Shown here: piece after piece, positions 39,063-52,285 of the stretch
How the letters are laid out: the number at the start of each line of letters is the position of its first letter
How positions within the stretch are numbered: the first letter of the stretch is position 1
Origin: Geosiphon pyriformis uo1
Taxonomy: Eukaryota > Fungi > Glomeromycota
Length of the DNA stretch: 64,000 nucleotides
Reading direction: 5' to 3'
Assembly: GCA_016748015.1 (NCBI GenBank)
Contig: JAAOMT010000523.1
Coordinates: 804,156-868,155 of the forward strand
The notes under the pieces: generated by a model
Seen by the model: only the letters and a program-made list of their open reading frames with translations
Databases searched by the model: none
What the model was told of the DNA's origin: nothing
Position numbers and translations under genes: made by a program

Positions 39063-40222
39063 ACACTCAGATCTAACAGCAAGACATTTTTACAAAGAAA
39101 CAACCATAAAAAGAGATACTATTGGCCATTAATGTATCCAGATATCATCTAATATGTTCAAAATTGTAATGCTTATCAAAAAAAAGGAGGAACAAAACTT
39201 AATAAACCATTAAGATTTATCAAAGTAAGACAACCATTTAATCACATTGGAATTGACTTAGTTAGACCATTAACAATAACCAGCAGAGACAACAGATATA
39301 TTGCAGTAGCCATAAACTATCTTACAAAATGACCAGAAGCAAAAACCATTCAAAGAGCAAATACAGAATCTATTGCCGAATTTGTTCATTAAGATTTGAT
39401 TTGTCAACATGGATGTCTAAAAAAACTACTATCAGATCAAAGAACTTACTTTGTGAATAAAACATTGGCAGAATTAAGTTAAAGATTTGGGATAAAAAGA
39501 CCATTATCATCACCATACCATTCACAAACAAATGAGTTAGTTGAAAGGTTCAACAAAACACTATGTAAGGCAATAGCCAAGATCAGCCAAGAAAACCAAG
39601 ACAAATAAGATTTGTTCATATCATCAGTATTATTTGCTTATTAGACAATGAAACAAGACATTATATAAGCAACACTATTTAAATTAGTATATGGTAAAAC
39701 AGCAACATTACTAGTTAAGATAGAAGTCAAAACATATTTAACAAAATCAATAACAAAAGAAAATTATCAAAGAACATTGTTAAAAAAAACATATGACTTA
39801 ATAGAGATGCTAGAAAACAAATGACAAAAAGCAGCTAATAACATCTAAAAGTCACAAAAAAAACAAAAAGAAAGATACAATAACCAATTACCAAATAAAC
39901 CAGTCGAATTCAGGATTGGAAACAAAGTACTTTTATATTATACCAAAGTGGAAAAACAATAGGTGGAAAATTTGACCCCAAATGGGATGGACCATTTTAC
40001 ATAGAAGAAATTATAGAAAATGGAGCTTATAAATTAAGATAAAACAACAAAATCTTAGCCAAAGCAGCACATAGTGATCAACTGAAATCATATCACCATA
40101 TAGTGTCACCATCTACCAGTAATATTACACAATTAGGAGTACAGAAACTACTAATTCAACCAGATGAGATTCTATAAGATCTGGAACCAATCATAGTTAT
40201 TGAACCAAACATGTTAAATTGA
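39063..40222 (+). pseudogene. Element A integrase, 3' part (5' part at 28764-28975)
   Basis: HSDLTARHF, GIDLV, HSQTNELVERFN, WDGPFYI. Confidence 0.9.
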
Positions 40223-40277
40223 ACAACCAAAAGAGTATATAAAGACATGGTATACACAACAAAAGCAACAAAGAAAA

Positions 40278-40913
40278 ATGGAAATACCAGATCATATTCA
40301 CATTTTAGCTCAATAATTGTTTTAGGCTTTAAATCAACAGCAAGTAAACATGGAAATTATCATCAACAATCAAACAATCTGTTATCAAAACACCAAACAA
40401 AAAGGAAAAAGTACATCATATCAGCAACCACATAAACAATCAATAAACTGGTCAAATAAAATAGTAGAGAAAATAAAGAACACTTTTGGAAAGATAACAA
40501 TTATGATTCCAACAGAAAAACTAATAAAAGAAAATTAAAACCAATGAATAGACCAACTTCTAATACCATACTGCTACTATTAATTGGAACGAAAAGTAGA
40601 TATTCAGAAATTATATCTTGACAAATCTAAGAGAATCTTCAATCAAGAGATAATTCAAAACATTGAAGACATTATTAGAAAGAAAACAAACTTAACACTA
40701 CACATTAGGACCATTTATTAATTACACACTATATTTCAAAACTATTCAGAAGTATTGTTACACTCTGACATAGAAACAATAATTATCAACCAATGGAGAA
40801 GAATGAACAATTCACAAATTAAAGAAATAAAGAGTAGGGTAAAACAGATGCTACTTGAAAAAGAAGTATTCAACATAATTCAAAATAAGGATTTTGATGG
40901 AGCTCAATATTAA
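40278..40913 (+). pseudogene. Element A ORF3 (211 aa)
   Basis: 636 nt in frame, MEIPDHIHILAQ...LLEKEVFNIIQNKDFDGAQY*; internal stops mostly of CAA/CAG/TGG-derived type. Confidence 0.8.
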
Positions 40914-40925
40914 AGGAAAAGATAA

Positions 40926-41820
40926 TATTACTCATAAAAAAAAAACAGATATAGAAAAATAGTAGACCAATAAAAAAGTAGTAATTAGTATGTGGTGACA
41001 TTGCTTAGCAATATGGAGCAATATTAGAAATTATGGCACATTGCTCAACAATGTGGAGCAATATTAAAAAAGTAGGGCACATTGCTTAGCAATGTAAGCA
41101 TTGCTCAAAAAATCATAGCATATTGCTCAGAAATGTAAATGATTTCATAGAACATAAATTAAGTATATATAGCAGTAGTATTAAAAACAGAAAAAACAAA
41201 CCTTTCAGTTTTAGATTTGATTTAAGCAACTTTTTCATTTACCAATATTAATAAATAATTATTCACTATCTCAATCCATTATCCACTATTAATACTTCAT
41301 ATTGATAGTAATTGATATTTAATCACACTAGAACAATAGCTCTTAATCATGGTTATTAATGAGATACTAACATTCATTGTCTTGGCTTATTTTTTTATTT
41401 TTTTTTATTTTTTTTTATTTTGTTTTGTTTTGTTATTTCTTGTTGTGTATTAATTGATTAAAGAATTAAAGTGCTAAATTATAATATCAGGATATAGCAC
41501 TGATAAAAGATCTAAGAATAAGAGTAGACACTCAGATTTGAGGATAGCTTATCAGGAGATTGCTGGCCACCATGCCAAGAAAAAAATTGATGGAATTGTG
41601 ATTCCAAAAAGTGATAGACAACAACTACTTAACTCATGGGTTGATATTAGAAACATCATTTAAAAAAAATCACATTGGAATCTCTGTTCATTATACAAAA
41701 AACTCAACCAAAACCTTTAGATACTGTTAATTTTCAGAAACCAACATCATTAGCCATCAATTGAACATCAAGTTATGAGTTTGTTATTTGCTTTGAGACC
41801 CCAAATAATCACTTGTAACA
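40926..41820 (+). repeat. 3' LTR of element A
   Basis: Follows the PPT; TATTACTCAT...TGTAACA. Confidence 0.9.
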
Positions 41821-42026
41821 CCAGCCACCATGCTGAAGACAAAAATTGGGAAAATTACTTAAGAAACATCACAAACATCTGCTGTTAAATCTCTGTCTAT
41901 TATACAAAGAACTCAACCAAAACCTTCAGATCATGAAAACTTTCAGAAACCAATATCAGCCATCAATTGAACATCAAATTATGGATTTGTTATTTGCTTT
42001 GAGATCTTGAATAATCATCTGTAATA
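41821..42026 (+). repeat. 3' remainder of an older same-family LTR (element E) into which A inserted
   Basis: Resumes mid-LTR at CCAGCCACCATGCTGAAGAC and ends ...ATAATCATCTGTAATA. Confidence 0.8.
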
Positions 42027-43600
42027 ATATTATTTAAACTAGTTTATAAAAAAAAACTATATTATTTATTAAATAAAAACTACTTATCTTTCTAACAAAA
42101 CAATTACTAAAGAAAATTTTAAAGCTATTTTGTACTAAAAAACATACTAACTTATAGAAATATTGAAAAACAATTATAAAACAGCAGCTAACAATATTAG
42201 TAATACTCAGAAATAACAGAAAAAAATATATAATAATTGCTTACTTAATTAACCAGTTGAATTTAAAATCAAGTATTATTATATTGTATTAAAGCTAAAA
42301 AATAGTAGAATAGAAAGTTTGACCCAAAATAAGATAAACTATTTTACATATACAAAGTTTTGGGTAATAGAGCTTACAAACTACAATTAGAAACACAAAT
42401 TTTATTAATTAGACCAGAAAATATATTATAAGATTTAAAACCAATTATTATTATTAAACACAATCTACATATAATAATTTGAATTATGTAAAATAAATAT
42501 ATAAATACCAAAAATATGAAAGAAAAAGTTAAGAACACTCTCAACATAAACTTTTTAAACAAAATTTTAAAACTTTTACAGCAACTATTTAAAACAATTC
42601 AACAATTTACAACACTAATAAAAATTACAATTAATAGAAAAAATATATGATTCAGAAATATGAACAAAAAAAAGTGGATAAAAGTTTAACTAAATATTTC
42701 TATTTTTATAATTAATTAAGAAAAAAAATATATATGTAGTTATATATGCTTGACAAAATTAAGAAGACTTTAAACAAATTAACCATAGAACTAATAATAA
42801 AAAAATAAATACCAAAAACTTTTAAAGAATAAAAAAAAAACTTTTATCAATATACTGGTTTTTTAAAATTGGCAAAAGATTAAATCTATAAATGCCATAT
42901 CTAAACATTAATATTTAATAGAAAAGCTCTTAAACAAATGAAAAAATTCATCAAAAAAAACAACTTAATAATATACTACAAAGCAATATATTAACTGTAT
43001 TCAGTATTTAAATGTTGTTCAATTATATTATTAAATAATTTATTAAAAACTATTATAGTTAACAACATAAAACAAATAATAAATATATAGTTTAAAAACT
43101 TACAAAAAACAATACTTAATATAATAATTGAATATTATATTAAAAAAACAATTTTTGTAAATACATACAATTTTGCAAAAGCTTAATTCTAAAAAAAAAG
43201 AATAATATTACTTAAGTAGAAAAACTAATTCAAAGCAATTAAAAAAAACATGATTAAAACATAATAATATAGAAAAAACATAATAATATAAAATAATACA
43301 AGATAATATACAATAATATAAAATAGCATAAAATAATTAATTATAACATAAAATAACTAGTTATAATATAAAAAAACAAAACAATAACAGAAATAGTAAA
43401 TAATAGCTAGTAATAACAAATAATTAAAAGCAATCTTGTAAAATTAGAAAATATATATAAAAACAAATAGCTTTAACAGATAAAAAAAGACAAATAAAAG
43501 ATAAAAACCCATTTTTTTAAAAATATATTTTAGCTTTAAAACTTGATAAATTTTTTTTATCTTATTTTCTCTATATTTTTATATTTACAATTAAATAAAA
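42027..43600 (+). mobile_element. Older degenerate gypsy element F: integrase C-terminus, ORF3 homologue, PPT, LTR from ~43206
   Basis: Relics of FKLVY, PVEFKI, KFDPK; ORF3-like KFIKKNNL..KAIY.L; purine run then TATTAC at 43206. Right boundary approximate. Confidence 0.65.
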
Positions 43601-43639
43601 ATATTGTTTAATTTATTTGTACATGATCATAGAATTTTT

Positions 43640-44440
43640 GTTGTTAAAATTAAATTAATTGTGTTTTTTATTTTTGTTTTAAGTTAAATGCTTTTAACAT
43701 AAATAGCTTTAGAATTCTAATAACTTGAACTAATTATTTTTAATTATAGTGATTGACAATACTAATTTATTTATTTTTTAATAGAACAATAATATTAAGA
43801 AAATTGATTGTCTAAGAATAAACTTTGTAATAGTCTGGTAAAAAAAAGAAGCTCTTCTTAGATTTAGATATTAATTTTATCTTATTAGCTTATCAAAAGA
43901 GTAAAAAAACAATATTAAATCTTATTAATTATACTCAACTAGCTTAAAGAAAATAGTTCATATATATTTAATTATAAATAATTAAATTATATTTTTGTGT
44001 CTTATAATCAAAGAATTCTATAGATAAATTTACATATATTAGAAATCTTTAAAGACTGATTACACTAATCTATTGTTTATAGCAAACAAAAAAAATTTTA
44101 AGCCTTCTTATTTAAATATAAAGCACTAAATATTACTATTATACTCTACTAAGTTTACTTATAACAATAAACAATTGATTATTTTGGTAAACTATTAAAT
44201 TATTTTACACAATTCTATAAATTTTAGTGAATTTTTAAATATTATAGAGTTTAGTATATTACATAATTTAATTATTACAATTGTGTATCATACAAATTAA
44301 ATTATTAATTAGATAGTAATATTTGATAATTTAATTAAATAATAAATAATAATTGAAATAATACTAATATATACTAATTAATAATAAAAAGTATAAAAAT
44401 AATTTTATGTTAATTAATGACTAAAATTCTATTGGTAACA
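43640..44440 (-). repeat. Degenerate LTR related to family X
   Basis: Minus strand starts TGTTACCAATAGAATTTTAG, matching 27235; left end not resolved. Confidence 0.6.
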
Positions 44441-45250
44441 CTATAATAGCTATTGTTAAAAATACTCTTATATTAATACTAAATATTAATTTTAAAGTAT
44501 TATATATTAACTATTAAAAGATAAGTTTTACAAATTGTTTTTTTACAAGTTTTAATAAAACTGTAGTAATTGGTATTTAGCTTTAATATGTCTACATTTT
44601 TGATAATAATAATACATAAGTATACTCTGTTGGTTTTTATTTTGGTTTTACTATAATCTTGAAAGGATATTTGGTTTTACTGTTATAATAGTTGATATTA
44701 ATTTGGTGTTTAAGATCTAGTATTGAAAAGATAATTTTTTTTCAAGTTGAGTAATTTTGTTTTTGAATTCTTTGGTATTATTATTATTTATTACCAAATT
44801 AATTATTTTATTGTAATTAGCTTTTTTTTTGGTTGACTTAATATTTTAAGCTAATATAATAACTTGAAATAAATTTTTTAGATATTGTAGTTTTATTTAT
44901 TCTAGAATACTATTTTTTAATCTTTTTACAAACTAATTAAGAATTTGAAAAGCTATGTAATAGTTGTTTTTTATGGTTTTAATTTATTATAAAATATAAT
45001 TAAACTTACCAAAATATTAATTATTATTTTATTAAGCTGTTGTTTAATAGTACTGAATTTGTTTTAAAGTTTAATAATAGTATTGAAATTACAAAAATAT
45101 TATAAAAATATGTTTCAGAATTATGTAAAAATATTAGGTTAGAAATTTAGATTTTAGTATTAGGAGTTGGTTGTGTTTTTTAAAAAAAAAATAAGATCTG
45201 AAGACTATAGTCTTTATTTTAATTATTTGCTAAAATTGTTTTTTGTGCTT
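44441..45250 (-). pseudogene. Highly decayed gypsy gag relic
   Basis: Minus strand STIKQ...QILN.FVKRLKNSIL matches gag TIKQG...QILNQFIRGL.SSIL. Confidence 0.55.
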
Positions 45251-45479
45251 TTTTGATTTAAGTATAAACATTTTTTTTTTAGTAAAATTGGTTAATTTTG
45301 CAATATAAAAAGTGGCCATTTTTTGAAAATTTACTGGTATTTAAATACAAAAAACTATAAATTCTGGTTCCAATTTACTTAAAGATTTCTTTGTTTTTTC
45401 TAATATACTATTATCAAGCTTAAGCTTAAATTTAAGTTCTCAAATAGTTTGAAAATACAACAATAAACAATTAATAAAC

Positions 45480-48463
45480 AATAAATTCTGAAAACTACAA
45501 CAACATTAAAAACTATTTGGAAACTCTTATTATACCAAAAAATTGATTTCTAATTAAAAAATATTGATTATAACACTAATTAAAACCATTTTTCTTTCAT
45601 TATAACAAAATTTATTATAAAATTGTAAAAACTCAACCAATTCACTCAGATTAATACAAAAAAAACAAAAAAAAACCATTTTTTACAACATATATATTAA
45701 TCCATTATTAGCACATCTAAGAAAAAATAATATAATTTAAAAAAAATTAGAACATTATTTTTGGTTTTACATGTAAAAAAATATTTAACAATATATAAAA
45801 TCATGTAATAGTTGTTAAAAAAGAGAAAAAACTCATTCTATTAAGTCTTTAAATCTAATTAAAGTTGAATAATTTTTTGACAAAGTAAGAATTGATTTAA
45901 TTGGACCATTATCAATTATTATTTAAAAAAATTATTATATTACAATTACAATAAATTATTTTACCAAATAGCTTAAAACCAGAGCCATCTAAAGAGCAGA
46001 TGCAAAATTAGTAGCAAATTTCATCTATAAAGACATTATTTATAAACATGAATGTTTAATCAAACTTTTATTCAATTAAAGAACACATTTTATAAATAAT
46101 TTAATACAAAAAATTTGTAAATAGTTTAATATTAAATAATTATTATTATTATCTTATTACTTATAAACAAATAGATTAATAGAATACTTTAATTAAATAC
46201 TGTGTGAATTATTAGTTAAAGTCTCAACTAATTTTAAACAGAAATAAAATATTTTTATTTTATTAATGTTACTAGTTTATAGAATATTAAAACAAAATAT
46301 CATAAAACATATATCATTTGATCTCATTTATAAGAGAATAGCAATATTATCAATTAGTTTTATAGTGGAAACATTATTCAATACAACTTATTACAAAAAA
46401 AAACTTTTAAAAAACACTTTAACAAAAAGTCTATATTTTTTTCAGTACATTAGAAGAGAAATAACAAATTACAACTACTTATATTAAACACTCCTAAGTT
46501 CAACAAAAAGAATAACATAATAACAAATTATTATTAACTACCAATGAATTTAAAGTTGAAAATAAAGTTTTATTATACAGAACTAAAGCTAAAAAACAGT
46601 AAAATGGAAAATTTAATTATAAATAAAATAAATTATTTTATATTTACAAAGTTTTAAACAATAGATTATACAAATTAAGACTTGATAACAAAATTCTAAC
46701 AAAAATTGCATATAAAAATTAATTGAAATATTATTATTCCTAAACCAATTTTGAATTATTAATTTCACAAATTGGTACACATTTTCTTTTAATTAATTCC
46801 AAAAATATTTCTTGAAATTTGGAACTAATAGTTATAATACAACAATAATCAAACTTAAACATTTAAATTATTTAATTATATTAGTAATTTTTTTAAAAAA
46901 AACACAAAAACATTAAACAAAAATAGTAAAATAATTATCAAACAAATATTTCAAAAATTAATGTTAACTTTAAAAACATTTCTTGACTTATTCATAATAA
47001 TTAATAAAAATTAAATTAATTATATTCAGAAAAGAACTATAACTTTAATAATAAACAATTCTCAGAATTATTATTTTTATAAAAAAACACAAGAAATTAT
47101 TTTAAAAATCACTTACCAGAACTTTTAAAGCAAGTTTTAAAAGAAAATCTATTGTTTATCTCTATTAACATTTTTTTAAATGCCATAATACTTCAAATGT
47201 GTCTTAACAAAAATAATGAATATATTTCAATTTATTGATATTTTCAAATTGAAAAAACATTATACCAATAAAAACTAGAGCTTAAAACAATTAATTTTAC
47301 TTTTAAAGCAATATAAAAACAAATTCACAACAAATTTAAAACAACAGTTGAACCAATGATTGCTTATTACAAACTTAAAGCAGCTTTTAGACTTTATGAC
47401 TTATTCAATACTTGTGAAAACATCTTACAAAATTTAATACTCCAATCAATGAAGATTTAATATATTGGCAAACTTACAAAACTGAAATTTTAATAATTTT
47501 TAGACCAAATTATATTAATAATTTTGGATTACTATCTCAATATTACAAATAATATTTGGACTTCAATAGAGCTTAGTTTTGAAAAAAAATTATGTTACTA
47601 ATAGAAATTTAGCCATTATTTAATATAAAATTAGATTATGTAATATATTAAATTCTATAATATTTAAGAATTTACAGAAATTTGCAGAAATTTGTAAAAT
47701 ATCTTATTAGTTTACTGCAATTATTCATAGTTCATAGAAATAACTTGTAGTTTGTTAAAATGTATCTTTAATTTGTCAAAATTATAGCAAAAAAAAAGTT
47801 CAAGTTTATAAAATAATACTATAATAAATTGTATAAAAGAAAAGCTTTTCTCTTTAAAAAAATATATCTTATCTTATTTAATTTAAAATTATCTTATCTT
47901 AAAAATACTTTAAAAACAAATTCATTAATTATTTGCACTTAAAATTTTCCAAAATCCAACTACCATTTTGAAATTAATTAATTACTAATTTTATTAATTT
48001 ATTAGTGACTTTAAATCTAAATAGAAAATACTTTCCTTAAATAAATTTTCATTTTTTTTATTTTTTTTTACTTTTTTTATTATATATATTAGAGTAGTCT
48101 ACAAACAAAATTTCTGTAAAAAAGTTGACTTTTATAGCAAAATAATTACACATTTTTTAGTGAGCTTTCAGATGAACAATTCTTAAAAAAAAGTTAACTT
48201 TTACAACAAAGTAACTACATATTTTTATTAAGCTTCCAAATAAGCAATTTTTAAGAAAAAGTTGATTTTTACTACAAAGTAACTATATAAGTAACTGACA
48301 CAAAATTGGCCATTTTATTTATAAATTTAACAGCTTAAATTATAAGAGATAATTTGAAAATAAATTTAGTTATCAGAGGTTTAATAGCTTCTAATAATAA
48401 TAAATTTACGGCAAAATAACATTAAGAACATTTAGAAAAAGAGACCAAAAACATCTAATAATA
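45480..48463 (+). mobile_element. Degenerate family-X gypsy 3' half: integrase relic, ORF3-position region, 3' LTR 47593-48463
   Basis: ID.IGPL, NYFTK, RADAK, EFKVENKVLLYRTKAKKQ relics; purine tract then TGTTACTAATAG; LTR aligns with 27235-28201. Confidence 0.75.
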
Positions 48464-49350
48464 GTATATTTATGAGAATTTCTTTGATTACTACAGTTTA
48501 ATTTGAACATATTTTTTGTTTTTTAAGATTACTATTTATTTTAATTCTTTTTTTCTCAGCCAATAAAGCAGTCTTATTCATGTTTTCTTTTAATGTAAAC
48601 ATAAATCTAATAATTTTTTCAAATTTTAAAAGAGTAATAACTCTTTCAAAACTATTAACTAATAAAAAAAATTTTCTAATAACTTGAGTTTTAGCTATTA
48701 CTAATTTGTTTTTTATTATTAACAAATTAATATCCAAAGCAAAAGATTTTTTAATAATTATTTCAATTGAAGTCTTTACTATTTTGGAATTAATTTATCT
48801 TTTGTTCAATAAAATATTAAGAAAAAGTAGAAAAATTTCAACTTTTTTATTCATATCAAAATTAAAAAAACCAAAAAAAGAGCCATAAATTACATCAAAA
48901 ATTAATCTTTTAGCTTTAAAAATAGTAGCAGCTAAACTCAAAAGAAATTTATCATTAATACTATTTATAAAACTACTGTTTTCACTATTATTAAATTTAT
49001 TGTTCATATCTAAGAACATTTTGTCATTAAAATTAAACTTGGCTAAAAAAATATCTTTCTTATTATTAAAGTATTTGATATTATCAAACATAATTCTCTT
49101 TTTTTAAGAGAAAAAGCCATTAGCAAAACCATAAAAACTTCTTTGTGTGTCTTTTTTTAGCTATGTTACTACTTAAAACAGTTTTTAAATTTATGATAAA
49201 AAGATTATTAGTTTGAAAAATATTGAAAGAAAACAATAAAAAAATAAAAAAAACTTTTTTTTCAAAATTATGTTTTTTAAAAAAGTTTAGACATAAAAAA
49301 AAATTTTTTAAATTATTATTAAATATTTAATTAAAAACTATTATTTAAAT
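48464..49350 (-). mobile_element. Probable LINE-like ORF1 5' relic, copy 1
   Basis: Decayed SLAATIFKAKR..GSFFG.., LDINL..AKTQVIRKFF..VNSF..KFEKIIRFMFT resembles a repetitive Geosiphon-type ORF1 (from memory). Confidence 0.55.
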
Positions 49351-49479
49351 TCAAGATTTATTATTAAAAACCACTAAATATAAAATAAAATCTTTTTTTT
49401 AAAATAAAAATAATCAATAACTTATGTTTTTTTATTAGTTTTTTATAAAATTATATTTATAAATAAAGTAAACAACAAT

Positions 49480-50600
49480 ATTTTATAATAAATTTTTAAC
49501 AATTAAATTGTTTAATTTATATTTATATATTGAATTTTTGTTAATTAAAATTAATTATTTAAATATTAATAAATTAGTTTAACTTAATTTAATGAATTTT
49601 ATTATAATTTTTTATTATAGTTTAATAAGTTGTAATTAAATTAATATTACTTAATTAAACTTAAATAAGATTAAAACAATTATTTTTTTTGACATATTTA
49701 TAAAAATTTTCTTAATTATTATAGCTTAATTTAAATAATTCTTTTGTTTTTTAAAATTACTATTTACTTAAATTTTTTTAATAGTTAAAGCCATAGTTTT
49801 ATTTAAATTTTTCTTATAAATAAATATTAATTTAATAATTTTTTCAAATTTTAAAAAAGCAATAGTTTTTTTAAATTTATTTACTAAAAAATAATAATTT
49901 CTAAATAATTATTATTTTTATTATAATATTTTTTTATTGTTAATAAATTAATATATAAAATATAAAATTTTTTAATAAATACTTTTTTTTTTTTTTTAAT
50001 AATCTTAAAATTAATCTATATTTTATTTAAAACAATAGTATAATAAAAAAATATTATTTTTTATTTATTTTATTAAGAGTTTTAATTAAAAAATTATTTA
50101 TTTTATTAATATTAATATATTTTATTTTAAAAGTATTTATTTTAAAGTTAAAATAAGTTCAACTTTTATTATTTGCTTTATAATTATTATCAACCAATAA
50201 AATATTGTTTTTTTTATTTAAATCAGTTTTTATGTTCAAAAATCTATTAATATTATCTAAAAATTTGCTTAAAGATATATTTTTATTATTATTAAAATAT
50301 TTAATATTTCCAATAAAATTTTTTGCTTTTAAAAAAAAATATTATTAATAAAACCATAAACAATTTTTTTTGCTGTCTTTTTTTTTGTTATGTTATTGTT
50401 AAAAACAGCTGTTAGATTTACAACAAAAAAAATTTGTGTCTTAAAAAATTGTGAGAAATATAATAAAAAAAACAAAAAACATCTTTTTAAAATATTGCTT
50501 TTTGAAAAATTTTATATATAGAAAAAAAAAGTTTTTTACTTTTGGCTTTAAAAAATAATATTTTAAATTAATTAATTAATTTTGCTTATATATTAAATTA
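49480..50600 (-). mobile_element. Probable LINE-like ORF1 5' relic, copy 2 (more decayed)
   Basis: 49741-49900 parallels 48510-48670, and 50341-50480 parallels 49120-49260. Confidence 0.5.
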
Positions 50601-51029
50601 CTAAATAATTTGTTATATTACTTATTATTATTTTAATATAAAACAAAAAAAATTGTTTTTAATTTTAATATTAATTATTATGTTAAAAAACCGAATTTTT
50701 TTTATTTAAATACTTTTATTTTAATAAATAAAGTTCAATTATTATTTACAAATCAGATATGTATTTTAAATTAAATATAATTCATATAATTTTAATATAT
50801 AATTAGTTAACTAAATTGATTAGAATTTTAAATTTATAATTTTTATATTCTAATTATAATACCAACAATAATAATTGTTTTATTAATATTAAATTTAATA
50901 TTAAAAACCCAAAACTTTTATTTTATTAAAAAATTCAAATTATTATTATTTATATTATTATTAAACAAATTATTTATATTATATTTTATCTTAAGATTAA
51001 TTAACGTCATAATCATAAAAAAATATGTA

Positions 51030-51530
51030 ATTTTTGCAAATAGTATTCGCATAATAAATAAGTATTTCCTGACACACTTGATTGTTGTATGCAATTCACT
51101 TACCGTTGTTGTGATCGTTAAAGAGCCAACACCGCACCAAGTGGAGTTGATTGGAAGCATCGCCATCACCTGATATGTCTATCCTGAGAGTGTGAGTAAT
51201 CTTCGCTCTTTGCATTATCGATCACGGAAGAGGTTTCTCTTGGGAGAAGTGATTTGTTGAGAGCCCTTAACATATCCACTACGTATTTCTTAGACTTTAA
51301 GGTATCTGCGGTCAACTTCGTCATGTTTTCTGGCTTAGCACCAACGTTCTCCACCAAGCCGAACTCGCAATCCAGTAAAGTGCCTTGTGAAAATCCTTGT
51401 GCTTGAGGCGCCACATATTTGAATGGTGGTTCTATCTGTGACAATATTTACCGAGAACAACCAATCCAGCATTACCTCTGGAAGCTCTACTGCAAATCTC
51501 CCGATATAAAAACATCCGCTTCATCTATTT
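51030..51530 (-). pseudogene. Possible disrupted gene of a PD-(D/E)XK-like family
   Basis: EFGLVENVG..TKLTADTLK..VDML pattern; sequence retains CpG; frames broken. Confidence 0.3.
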
Positions 51531-52285
51531 AGCGATAGATTCTCCATACGAAATGCACAATAGCCAAAAATAAATTTCACAAATGGATGTCGCAGAATTT
51601 TAAAGACGGTGCTGCTATAGAAAATGTCGATATCTCTTTCAGAAGTCCTCGTCTGCTCAGAGGTCTCAAGTTGGATGTTATTGTACCTGTCACATGAGAA
51701 CTTCCTGTGAGAACCGTGATATTCTGCATCCTCAACATGAAATACGCGTACTTAGAAATTATATAACACTTCAAGTATCCATACGACTTTCAGAATGCCC
51801 TTCTCAGCTGTCACTTCCTCCTAATTAATTACTATTTCAATTAATACATGGGTCAAGACAATGAAAACAAAGAGAAGGCACGAAATGTCTTAAAATTTAC
51901 TCTTTAGTGAGAAATTCTTCTAATTTCGGAGATTTTTCCTTCACACGACGCGGCTTCTTTTGCACTTTTGAACTTAGCTGACTGACGAGCACGTCGTTTT
52001 GCTGGTTGCGACCAGCGTCTAGCAACTCCAACCCGTTGATCTGAGATTTATACTTGAGAGTATTCTTGGGAACTGGCAGGTGAACATACGGTACAAATTC
52101 ATTTTTCTAGTTTATTTCCTATATTATTGAGTCATAACCAAAAAAAATCTGATCATGTAAACAAAAAATTATAAACAAGAGATTTTAAATGTCTCGTGAC
52201 GGGAAGTTTACTTTTATAACTCTGACTCGAAAATTTTCAAATATCAAAGTCTGCAATTTTTTTACTTATTACGATATAGGCGAAC

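Larger units (their letters stand above)
193..41820 (+). mobile_element. Ty3/Gypsy element A (5' part off-window). Pieces 193-1320, 5588-5922, 28273-28975, 39059-41820; host to pogo, B and D
   Basis: Reading frame rejoins across each insertion (KIEI|VKNF; ASR|SLSPA; LFN|MHSD). RT, RNase H, integrase, ORF3, PPT and a 3' LTR occur in order. Confidence 0.9.
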
